Shown in pieces: positions 17,817 to 25,851 of a stretch of DNA of 64,000 bases (the stretch's first letter is position 1; each line of letters opens with the position of its first letter). Under the pieces are notes generated by a model, which was given only the letters and a program-made list of their open reading frames with translations, made no database searches and was not told the origin of the DNA. The DNA lies in contig JBDTZG010000005.1 of NCBI GenBank assembly GCA_040005235.1, positions 32,001 to 96,000 on the forward strand. Direction: 5' to 3'. The DNA comes from Acidobacteriota bacterium. GTDB lineage: Bacteria; Acidobacteriota; Thermoanaerobaculia; Multivoradales; UBA5704. The position numbers and the translations under genes are program-made.

Positions 17817-18084
17817 TGACGGTTCGCTCAGTCGCCCAGCCTCTGGCGGAACCGGCGCGGGCCAGGCGCTCCATGACCCTCTGGGCCAGTTCGTCGCCCG
17901 GTTCTTCGATCCCCTTGAATCGGCGGATCAGCCTATCGAGCGCTTCGTCGCGCGACTAGGAGGCGACGATTTCGCGTCCACGGTTCCTCGGCGGTCGCCA
18001 CCAGCCATGAGGCGAGGCCTCCGGGACGCGCGTCGCCCCCCCGCTCGATCAGCCGCCATGACGTCCCACGACTCCTGGCAGGGA

Positions 18085-18648
18085 CTACGGGCAGCTCGTC
18101 GGCTGCAGCTCCCAGCGGTGGTAGTCGGTCGGATATTTGCAGATCGAGATCAGCTCCGAGCCGCCTGTGCCGCATTTCGCAAGCGAGTTGCAGAGGTCGG
18201 AAGAGCCCGCGCAATACTGGGCGTCGTAGCCGTAGGTGCCGTCTTTTTCCCACCAGGACCAGTCGGTCCAGGATCCTCCCGTGCGCTTGAAGCTACGGCA
18301 ATAGATCAGGTCCGTGCCGTCCATGTACTTCTGGCTGCACGGCGTGTTCGGGCCGCAGCAATCCTTGGCGCAGCTGGAGTCGCTCTCGACGCTGCCGCCC
18401 CAACAGTAGCCGTCGCCGCATTGAGTGCAGTACACCGTGTTGTAGGAGTAGTTATAGGGGCTCGGGCAGCCCGATTCCATAGTGCGCGAGGTCTCGGTAT
18501 ATCCCGAGGGGCAGGAGGGAGGCCCGCACTCGTGAACCCGGATGTTGTTCGGAGTCGGATATTGCGCCGCGGCGCTCGCGGCGACGAGGAGAAGGGCTGG
18601 AAGAAAGGCGCGGAAAAGGCTTGCCATCGCTGGGGTCGGAACTCTCAT
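18085..18648 (-). CDS. Secreted cysteine-rich protein (16 Cys)
   Basis: AAAGGAAG RBS; signal peptide ending AASAAA-Q; contains CGDGYC...E..SSCAKDC. Confidence 0.8.
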   Translation of the reverse strand: MRVPTPAMASLFRAFLPALLLVAASAAAQYPTPNNIRVHECGPPSCPSGYTETSRTMESGCPSPYNYSYNTVYCTQCGDGYCWGGSVESDSSCAKDCCGPNTPCSQKYMDGTDLIYCRSFKRTGGSWTDWSWWEKDGTYGYDAQYCAGSSDLCNSLAKCGTGGSELISICKYPTDYHRWELQPTSCP

Positions 18649-18819
18649 GACGCTTCCTTTCATGGGTTCGAGCGGTCGAGACGTTCTCGCCGCCCTCTGT
18701 AAGTTAACGGTGCGTTGGCGCCCGTTGCCGTGACAGCTTGCCGTCCAGCCGGGAATGGCGAATGATCTCGGGGCGTTCGGCACCACCTCGGGCCGCGCGG
18801 CGATCGACGGGAGAAACGG

Positions 18820-19575
18820 ATGCGTATTTCCATTCCGGTTCGGCGTCTGGCCCTCACCGGTCTCGGCGCCTTCGTAGCGCTCGGTCTCTCGATCCTCGGC
18901 GTCCTCGCCCATCCGGAGCCGCTCTACGCCTACCACGCCGAGTCGGGTCGCCTTCGGCTCTATTCGGATCGGCCGTTCGACGTCGGGAAGGGTCGAGCGA
19001 TCCTCGCGGACGTCGAGCGCCGGCTGGATACCACGCCGCCGTCGATCCGCGATTCGGAATCGGTCTATCGGATTTTCGTCACGAACGCCGAATGGCGCAG
19101 ACGGCTGACGTTCCTCTGGAACTACGGCGTCGGCGGCGTCAACTATTACCCGATCGCCGGCAGCGTCTTTCTTCGCCAGGGAGAAATCGACGAAGACCGC
19201 CTGCGCAAGACGAACGGTACCCTCGTCGAGCCGCCGCGCACCCTCGCTTACTTCGCGGCGCACGAGATCGGCCACAGCCTGATCGGCCGACGAACCGGCG
19301 CGCTCGCCAACTGGCGCCTCCCAGCGTGGGTCCGCGAAGGCCTGGCCGATTACGTCGCCTTCGGCGGCTCGGTAGACATTCCGAGTCTCACTAAAAGGCT
19401 GCGCGCCGGAGATCCCGACCTCGACCCCAAGCGCTCCGGCCTCTACGCGCGCTATACCGTCCTCGTCGCCTACTTCTTGGAGCGCGAGCATTGGTCGGTC
19501 GATCAGCTGCTCGCGACGAAACTCTCCCGCGCGGACGCGGAGAGGCGGTTGTTGGCGGGGGTCGCCGTTGAGTGA
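18820..19575 (+). CDS. Membrane-anchored hypothetical protein with gluzincin-like metallopeptidase motif
   Basis: N-terminal TM; AHEIGH (HExxH) followed by WVREGLADY. Confidence 0.7.
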   Translation: MRISIPVRRLALTGLGAFVALGLSILGVLAHPEPLYAYHAESGRLRLYSDRPFDVGKGRAILADVERRLDTTPPSIRDSESVYRIFVTNAEWRRRLTFLWNYGVGGVNYYPIAGSVFLRQGEIDEDRLRKTNGTLVEPPRTLAYFAAHEIGHSLIGRRTGALANWRLPAWVREGLADYVAFGGSVDIPSLTKRLRAGDPDLDPKRSGLYARYTVLVAYFLEREHWSVDQLLATKLSRADAERRLLAGVAVE

Positions 19576-19665
19576 GGGCGGCAGATTCGGCGGGTACGCC
19601 GATGAGATTTTCAGCGATACTGTTGCCGAGGATCGCCCGGCCCTTCAGGTGAATGACGAGCACCC

Positions 19666-20100
19666 ATGAGCCTTCATCTCCGCATCGCTCGCCCCGTTCG
19701 GGATTTACCGAAAACCGTGGCGATGTACCGCGAAGGGCTCGGCCTGGTTGACCTCGGTGGATTCGAAGACCACGAAGGCTTCGATGGTCGGATGCTCGGC
19801 TACCCGGACCTCGGCTGGCACCTTGAATTCACCCACTACAACACGCATTCGGTTGAGCCGACTCCAACACTGGAGGACCTTCTCGTCCTCTACATCCCAG
19901 ACTCTGCTGAATGGCAGGCCGCCTGCGAGCGGATGGCACGGGCCGGATTTCGGGCGGCTCTGTCTTTCAATCCCTATTGGGAAGTTCGAGGGCGTACGTT
20001 TGAAGATCGCGATGGATATCGGGTGGTGTTGGAGAACGAAGGGTGGATGGCGCGAAGGAAGCCATCTCTGAGTGGCGAGTCCAATGGGGCCAATCCATGA
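19666..20100 (+). CDS. VOC/glyoxalase family protein (YycE-like)
   Basis: LRIARP...Y.EGLG..F.DH.GFDG..LG...HLEFT, DLLVLY, NPYW..RGRTFED.DGYRVVL. Confidence 0.9.
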   Translation: MSLHLRIARPVRDLPKTVAMYREGLGLVDLGGFEDHEGFDGRMLGYPDLGWHLEFTHYNTHSVEPTPTLEDLLVLYIPDSAEWQAACERMARAGFRAALSFNPYWEVRGRTFEDRDGYRVVLENEGWMARRKPSLSGESNGANP

Positions 20101-21041
20101 CGCCCCGAAAACTTTGGATCGGCGTCACTGACGACTCCTGGTTCGAGTTCCTGAGTTCACGTCGTGACCTCGACGAGTTGAACTTTTGGCTGCCCATGGG
20201 GTCTCGCCCATTTAAGGTCTTGCAGCGCGGTGAACCATTTCTCTTCAAACTTCATTCGCCGAATAACTATATTGTCGGCGGCGGTTACTTCGAGAAAGCG
20301 ACGCACCTACCGGTGGATCTGGCTTGGGAGGTCTTTGGTCAAAAGAACGGTGCTCGCTCGCGGGAGGAAATGCGTGCGCGAATCGAGAAATATCGGAAGA
20401 GTCGCGGTGTCGGTACAGGGCCTCATGAATCGTACGAAATCGGCTGCTTGATCCTGCTGGCTCCATTCTTCTTCGAGCGCCGGGATTGGATTCCCGTGCC
20501 TCCGAGTTGGTCACCGAACCTAGTGACGGGCAAGAGCTTCTCTACCGATGAACCTGAAGGGAAGAGTCTTTGGGAGGCGATCCAGCAGCGCCTGGTGGGC
20601 AGCGAAATCCGGGAAGGGGTTACGGTTTATGAAGACTCCGATATGTACGGAGAACCCACCCTCGTCTATCCTCGTCTTGGTCAAGGTACCTTCCGGGTCC
20701 TCATCACCGACGCCTACAGCCGGCGCTGCGCGGCAACGGGAGAGAAGGCACTTCCCGTGCTTGAAGCAGCGCACATCAAGCCGGTTTCGAGGGGCGGCAT
20801 TCACCGGATCGACAACGGAATCCTTCTTCGTTCCGATCTCCACCGACTCTTCGATCTTGGCTACTTGGGTGTGGCTCCGGATCTCACCCTTCACGTGAGC
20901 AGTCGCCTTCGGTCAGAATTTGGCAACGGAGAGATCTACTATCCCCTCGAAGGGAAACCGCTTTCGGTTCCGACCCAGAGCGAACTGCGGCCGAATCCCG
21001 AGTTGCTCGCGTGGCACACGGAGACGGTCTTTCGGGCTTAA
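20097..21041 (+). CDS. HNH endonuclease, putative restriction endonuclease with N-terminal PUA-like domain
   Basis: GQGTFR..ITDAY..RCA.TG...LEAAHIKP...NGILLRSDLHRLFD; N-terminal GVTD..WF...NFW.P...GEPFLFKLH...IVGGGYF. ATGA overlap with the VOC gene. Confidence 0.9.
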   Translation: MTPRKLWIGVTDDSWFEFLSSRRDLDELNFWLPMGSRPFKVLQRGEPFLFKLHSPNNYIVGGGYFEKATHLPVDLAWEVFGQKNGARSREEMRARIEKYRKSRGVGTGPHESYEIGCLILLAPFFFERRDWIPVPPSWSPNLVTGKSFSTDEPEGKSLWEAIQQRLVGSEIREGVTVYEDSDMYGEPTLVYPRLGQGTFRVLITDAYSRRCAATGEKALPVLEAAHIKPVSRGGIHRIDNGILLRSDLHRLFDLGYLGVAPDLTLHVSSRLRSEFGNGEIYYPLEGKPLSVPTQSELRPNPELLAWHTETVFRA

Positions 21042-21064
21042 ACCAAGGATTCTTCGGAAATCGT

Positions 21065-21595
21065 ATGCGTAAGCCGTCCAACCTCCGTCTTTACCTCCTC
21101 TGCGGCCCCTCGCTGGCCGGCAAGAGCACCGTCGCCCGCGAGATCGTGGACGAGTTGGGAGTAACCGTCGCGTCGGCCGATGCAATCAACGCTGCGCGGG
21201 GTTTTCCGTTCGGCTTGGAAGGCATGCCCGAATCCGCGTGGTCCGAGATTTTGGGATCGCAGATCAAGGAGACTTCAGCGCTCATGAGGCGCGGAGTCTC
21301 GGTCGCGGTGGACGACACGGCCTGCTACCGTTGGCTGCGCGATCGATTTCGAGAGCATGCCGCGGACCATGGCTATGACTGCCGGCTGGTCTACGTGGCG
21401 ACTCCGCGGGAGGAGATTCTCGCCCGGCACCACCGGCTCTCGAAGTCGAAGGAGCGCCCGGTTCTCTCGCGCGAACGGCTGATCGATCATCTCGACCGCT
21501 TCGAGCCGCCGCAGGCGGATGAACCGCATGTGTCGATCCGCTCGGCGGAGGATCTACGGGCGTTTTTGAACGAGGAGAAGTCCTCGCGATTTTGA
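21065..21595 (+). CDS. AAA_33-type P-loop kinase-like protein
   Basis: LLCGPSLAGKSTVAR Walker A, VAVDDT, FEPPQADE. Confidence 0.85.
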   Translation: MRKPSNLRLYLLCGPSLAGKSTVAREIVDELGVTVASADAINAARGFPFGLEGMPESAWSEILGSQIKETSALMRRGVSVAVDDTACYRWLRDRFREHAADHGYDCRLVYVATPREEILARHHRLSKSKERPVLSRERLIDHLDRFEPPQADEPHVSIRSAEDLRAFLNEEKSSRF

Positions 21596-21725
21596 TGTCG
21601 CTGGCGATTCCGCTGGATAGTGCTCGAATTAGAGGCGCCGCCACTCCTTGTGTGAGTAGAGCTCGGGATAGAATCTCGCGACACCGCAGCCGCAGGTGGG
21701 CGGCGGAAATGGCCCCTTCCTTCTG

Positions 21726-21918
21726 GATAGCGGCTATCCGGCTCCGATAGCGGCTATCGACGGCCGATAGCCGCTATCCAGTCCAGATAGCGGCTATCCA
21801 GCGCGGATAGCGGCTATTCAGCTCCGATAGCGGCTATCGACGGCCGATAGCGGCTATCCAGCGCGGATAGCGGCTATCCAGCTCCGATAGCGGCTATCGA
21901 CGGCCGATAGCGGCTATC
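21726..21918. repeat. Tandem array of ten 13-bp palindromes GATAGCGGCTATC with 7-bp spacers (20-bp period)
   Basis: Cores start at 21726, 21746, ... 21906. Spacers: CGGCTCC, GACGGCC, CAGTCCA, CAGCGCG, CAGCTCC, GACGGCC, CAGCGCG, CAGCTCC, GACGGCC. Confidence 0.97.
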
Positions 21919-21957
21919 CGAGCGCGACGGACACATTTCAACCTGCGAGGTCCACGT

Positions 21958-22944
21958 ATGCGTGCAGCCTACTACGAGCGAGCCGGCGCGGCCCGCGAAG
22001 TTCTTACGATCGGTGATCTTCCGGCGCCGGAGGCCGGTCCGGGGGAAGTCCGGGTCAGAGTGGCCTGGTCGGCGGTCAATCCTTCGGATGTCAAATCGCG
22101 GGCGGCGATCCGTTCGAAGACGTTGCCATTTCCGCGCATTGTGCCGCATAGCGATGGGGCGGGCGTGATCGATCAGGTGGGAGCGGGGGTCGATCCCGCT
22201 CGGCTGGGCGAACGCGTCTGGACGTGGAACGCCGCTTGGATGCGCCCGTTCGGCACCGCGGCGGAGTTTGTCGTGCTGCCCGCGGCCCAGGCGGTTCCGC
22301 TTGCCGAGGGGATCGATCTCGCGGTGGGCGCCTGTCTCGGCATTCCCGCGCTCACCGCCTTGCACGCGGTTTTGGTGGACGGGGGTGTTGAGGGCAAATC
22401 CGTGCTGGTGTCCGGCGGCGCGGGAGCGGTGGGGCACTATGCGATCCAGTTCGCGAGAATTCACGGCGCGCGGCAGATCCTCGCCACGGTGAGCAGCGAG
22501 GAGAAGGCGGCGCTCGCCCGCGCGGCGGGGGCCGATCTCGCGGTGAATTACAAGACGGAGGATTGGGTCGCGAAGTGCATGGAGGCGACCGGCGGCGCCG
22601 GGCTCGACCGGATCATCGAGGTGGATGCCGCGGCGAACGTAAAGAGCGATCTCGCGGCTCTGCGCCCGGAAGGGCGGATTGTCGTCTACGGCAGCGGCGC
22701 TCCGGAGATTCCGGTTCCGTTCGGACCCGCGATCCTCAAGAACATCCGCTTCTCGTTCTTCATCGTCTACAACCTGTCGGCCGAAGATCGAGCGCGCGCG
22801 ATCCGGGAACTCAGCGACCTTCTCGCCGCGAACCGCCTGGAGCACAACATCGCAGTGCGTTTGCCGCTCGAGCGGATCGCCGAGGCGCACGAGCTGGTGG
22901 AGCAGGGGGCGGCGGTTGGGAAGGTCCTGCTGGCAATCGGCTGA
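21958..22944 (+). CDS. NADPH:quinone reductase (zeta-crystallin-like MDR)
   Basis: VNPSDVKSR, PHSDGAGVID.VG, GTAAEF, LGIPALTA, VLVSGGAGAVG. Confidence 0.93.
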   Translation: MRAAYYERAGAAREVLTIGDLPAPEAGPGEVRVRVAWSAVNPSDVKSRAAIRSKTLPFPRIVPHSDGAGVIDQVGAGVDPARLGERVWTWNAAWMRPFGTAAEFVVLPAAQAVPLAEGIDLAVGACLGIPALTALHAVLVDGGVEGKSVLVSGGAGAVGHYAIQFARIHGARQILATVSSEEKAALARAAGADLAVNYKTEDWVAKCMEATGGAGLDRIIEVDAAANVKSDLAALRPEGRIVVYGSGAPEIPVPFGPAILKNIRFSFFIVYNLSAEDRARAIRELSDLLAANRLEHNIAVRLPLERIAEAHELVEQGAAVGKVLLAIG

Positions 22945-22960
22945 GTGTCGGCGAACTTAA

Positions 22961-22990
22961 GGGCCGGCAGAGAGAAAACCCTGCCGGCCC
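22961..22990. terminator. Hairpin between convergent genes
   Basis: GGGCCGGCAG-N10-CTGCCGGCCC. Confidence 0.55.
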
Positions 22991-23032
22991 GGTGTCACCC
23001 CTGCCTCGAGGCCCTTCGTAACTCGTCGTGCC

Positions 23033-24208
23033 TTACGGCGTACCGCGCTGGTAAAGAAGGTCGGAATTGCCGGCGATCAACACGTCGCCGAAACCGTCGC
23101 CGTTCCAGTCGCCGAAGGCGAGGTCGTAGACCCCGGCGGCCGGCAGCACGGTATCGTCATAGGGCAGGAAGCTCCCCGCGCCGTTGCCGAAAGCCACGCT
23201 GTAGCGGTTACCGATGCCGTGCGGTGCCACGATGTCGGTGTCGCCGTTTTCGTCGAAGTCGAAGGCGCGGATGCGGAACGTAAAGGCCCAGGTAAAGCCG
23301 TAGGGGCGCGGGGTGAAGGTGCAGTTGCCGTTGCTCGTGGCCGGAACGAGACGCGACCAGCTGGTGGCCACCGTGGCGTCCGCGAGCCCATCCCCGTTTA
23401 GATCTCCTGCAGCGATCGCCTGCGGTTCGAGGGGGCCGAACACCGGATCGAACATCGGCAGCGTCGTGACGATCTGTGGACCGAGTCCGCCCGCTCCATT
23501 GTTGCGGCGTGCGATCAGAAATGCCGGCGTCCCTTGGCCGTTGTAGTAGATAAGATCTTGGCGCCCCGAAGCGTCGCAATCGCCGAGCGCGATGTCGTCC
23601 GTGTCGCCCACGGGGTAATTGACGCCGGCTGCGAAGCCCCCCGCCACCGCGAGGCGCACGGTGGCCGTGTCGCTCGCGAGATTGAGCGTCACGAAATCGG
23701 CTCGCGCGTCGGCGTTCAGCCGGGCGGCGAGCACCCGCACCGGCTGACCTCCGACGGCGAACGCCGTGCCGGGCGTGAAGTTGATGCCCCCTTGGTTCCA
23801 GCGAACGATCACCTGGTTGCCGATGCTGTCGGCGAGTGCCAAGTCGAGATCGCCGTCGCCGTCGAAATCGCCCGCCGCGATGTCCCGGAAGCCGACGCCC
23901 GGCTGGGACCAGAAGCTCCAGGCGCCGAAGCCGACGCCCGTGCCCAGACGGACGAAGCTCCGGTTCGCGGTCGCGGCAGCGACGTCCAGGATGCCGTCGC
24001 CATTCAAATCCGCCGAGATCACGGCGACCAGGGGAGCGCCCGGAGCCCAGATCGAAACCGGCGGGGCGACACAGATTTCGCCCGCGTCGACCACGCCGTT
24101 GTTGCACGCGGCGTTGGCGGGGTTGGAGAAAGCGATGGAGGCGAAGGCGGCAAGACCTGCGATCGTGCGGATCGAGGCCCGGCTGAAGCAGGAAGGCTGG
24201 GTGTTCAT
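23033..24208 (-). CDS. Secreted FG-GAP/VCBS-repeat beta-propeller protein
   Basis: Signal peptide; CNNGVVDAGEIC; repeated DLNGDGILD, GDFDGDGDLDL, GDLNGDGLAD, DFDENGDTD and GDWNGDGFGD. Confidence 0.9.
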   Translation of the reverse strand: MNTQPSCFSRASIRTIAGLAAFASIAFSNPANAACNNGVVDAGEICVAPPVSIWAPGAPLVAVISADLNGDGILDVAAATANRSFVRLGTGVGFGAWSFWSQPGVGFRDIAAGDFDGDGDLDLALADSIGNQVIVRWNQGGINFTPGTAFAVGGQPVRVLAARLNADARADFVTLNLASDTATVRLAVAGGFAAGVNYPVGDTDDIALGDCDASGRQDLIYYNGQGTPAFLIARRNNGAGGLGPQIVTTLPMFDPVFGPLEPQAIAAGDLNGDGLADATVATSWSRLVPATSNGNCTFTPRPYGFTWAFTFRIRAFDFDENGDTDIVAPHGIGNRYSVAFGNGAGSFLPYDDTVLPAAGVYDLAFGDWNGDGFGDVLIAGNSDLLYQRGTP

Positions 24209-24379
24209 GGGGGTCTCTCCTGTTTTTCAAAGGTTGAAGGCCTCGTCCCGGGGGTTCCGGAAACGGCGCCGTGCCTTTTGAACGGAGAGCGGGGGGTGAT
24301 TCCCTCACCCGAAGTGGAAAAAGGGTCGGAGCAGGACGCGAGGTATGCTGGGCGCCTCACAAGCCCGAGGCCCACACCC

Positions 24380-24988
24380 ATGGAACCGCACTCCCCCGAA
24401 GCCACCGCGGTCTACGCCACCGACCGGCCGGATCCCAAGCTGTTCCCCTACTACGTTCTGCTCTCCTTTCTCGCCGGACCGGGCATGCCGTTCCTGCTCG
24501 GGTACCTCTATTTCCGCTACCACACGATGAGGTACCGCTTCGACGAGCAGGGCGTTTCGATGAGCTGGGGGATTTTGTTCCGGCGCGAGATCAACCTGAC
24601 CTACGCGCGGATTCAGGACATCCACCTGACCAGCAACCTGGTCGAGCGCTGGCTCGGCCTGGCGCGCATTCAGGTGCAGACCGCGAGCGGCAGCTCGGGC
24701 GCCGAGATGACCATCGAGGGCATCCTCGAATTCGAACGGCTGCGCGATTTTCTCTACTCCAAGATGCGGGGCACCAAAGGCTCGACGGGCGGAAGCGCTC
24801 CCGTCGCTTCGGCAGCATCGACCCCATCGACCGCACCGAACATCCTGCCCGGCGCGCCGCCGGCCGACGACCTCGCGGCGATCCTGCGCGAGGTGGCGGC
24901 CGAGGTACGGGCGCTACGCACCGCGATCGAAGCGGAGGGCGTACACCGCGGTGATCCCAACGAGCCCTCCGGAGGCGCCGATGCCTGA
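24380..24988 (+). CDS. Membrane protein with bacterial PH domain (bPH_2, YdbS-like)
   Basis: TM segment then YRFDEQGV...GILFRRE..LTYARIQDI....ERWLGLARIQVQTA. Confidence 0.85.
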   Translation: MEPHSPEATAVYATDRPDPKLFPYYVLLSFLAGPGMPFLLGYLYFRYHTMRYRFDEQGVSMSWGILFRREINLTYARIQDIHLTSNLVERWLGLARIQVQTASGSSGAEMTIEGILEFERLRDFLYSKMRGTKGSTGGSAPVASAASTPSTAPNILPGAPPADDLAAILREVAAEVRALRTAIEAEGVHRGDPNEPSGGADA

Positions 24989-25745
24989 TCTCGATCGCCG
25001 GTCGCGCGCCATGGCCTTCGTCGAGCGGGTGCTGCGCATTCCACCGCCGCCCGGCCCCCCGGCCGGCACCCACGATTCGATCCGCATCTTCCGTGGCGCT
25101 CCGGGCCTCTATCGCTATCAACTCCTGGTCTGGCTGGGGAAACAAATCGGAGCCGGAGTCGGCCTGTTCGGCGGCTTCGCGGTGCTTTCGATCATCCCCG
25201 ACTTTCCGTACAAGAAGGTGCTCGACGTCGTCGAAGCGATCGGTCTCGGGATCTACCTCTCGGCCCTGCCGTTCACCTTCCTGATGGTCCACCTCGACTA
25301 CAAGCTCCGCTGGTACATCGTGACCGACAGAAGCCTGCGGATTCGCGAAGGCCTCCTCAAGGTCGCCGAACGAACCATGAGCTTCGCCAACATCCAGAAC
25401 CTAGCGGTCCAACAAGGCCCCCTCCAGCGCCTGCTCGGAATCGCCGATCTCGAAGTCCACTCCGCCGGAGGAGGCGGATCTCGAAGGCCGGGGCACGACA
25501 AGAAGCAAGAAGACCTGCACGTCGGTAAGTTCCGCGGCGTCGACAACGCCGAAGAGATCCGCGACGCGATCCTCGCGCGGGTGCGGCAGCTTCGGGATTC
25601 CGGGCTGGGCGATCCGGATGCCGTGCACCCCGAGGTGCACGAGGCGGCACCGCTGGGGCCGATCGTGTCGTCAGCCGATGCGGTCGTGGCGGCTCGGGAG
25701 TTGCTGGGGGAGGTAAAGGTGCTGCGAGGGGCGCTGTTCGGTTGA
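24981..25745 (+). CDS. Membrane protein with bacterial PH domain (bPH_2)
   Basis: YIVTDRSLRIREG...ERTMSFANIQN..VQQGPLQRLLGIADLEV. GGAGG RBS. Confidence 0.85.
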   Translation: MPDLDRRSRAMAFVERVLRIPPPPGPPAGTHDSIRIFRGAPGLYRYQLLVWLGKQIGAGVGLFGGFAVLSIIPDFPYKKVLDVVEAIGLGIYLSALPFTFLMVHLDYKLRWYIVTDRSLRIREGLLKVAERTMSFANIQNLAVQQGPLQRLLGIADLEVHSAGGGGSRRPGHDKKQEDLHVGKFRGVDNAEEIRDAILARVRQLRDSGLGDPDAVHPEVHEAAPLGPIVSSADAVVAARELLGEVKVLRGALFG

Positions 25746-25762
25746 TGACGTTACAAAGAGGC

Positions 25763-25830
25763 GTTGGGGCGGAGCTTGCCTCCGCCCAGTGCTATCGAAG
25801 ATCTCGGGCGGAGGCAAGCTCCGCCCCTAC
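25763..25830. repeat. GTAG-type REP doublet (REPIN-like)
   Basis: GTTGGGGCGGAGCTTGCCTCCGCCC (25763-25787) and its inverted copy GGGCGGAGGCAAGCTCCGCCCCTAC (25806-25830); each arm is itself palindromic. Confidence 0.8.
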
Positions 25831-25851
25831 CAGGGCTTGAGGTCCGCTCGC

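Noticed and set aside
17817-18060. Small minus-strand gene (RDEALDRLIRRFKGIEEPGDELAQRVMERL fragment)
   Set aside because: Protein-like, but preceded by an in-frame stop with no start; at most an unassignable remnant.
18649-19491. N-terminal 281 codons of the 468-aa minus ORF
   Set aside because: Antisense to the HExxH gene; the real gene starts at 18648.
21726-21918. CRISPR array
   Set aside because: Repeats are 13 bp and spacers 7 bp and recurrent; no cas genes in the window.
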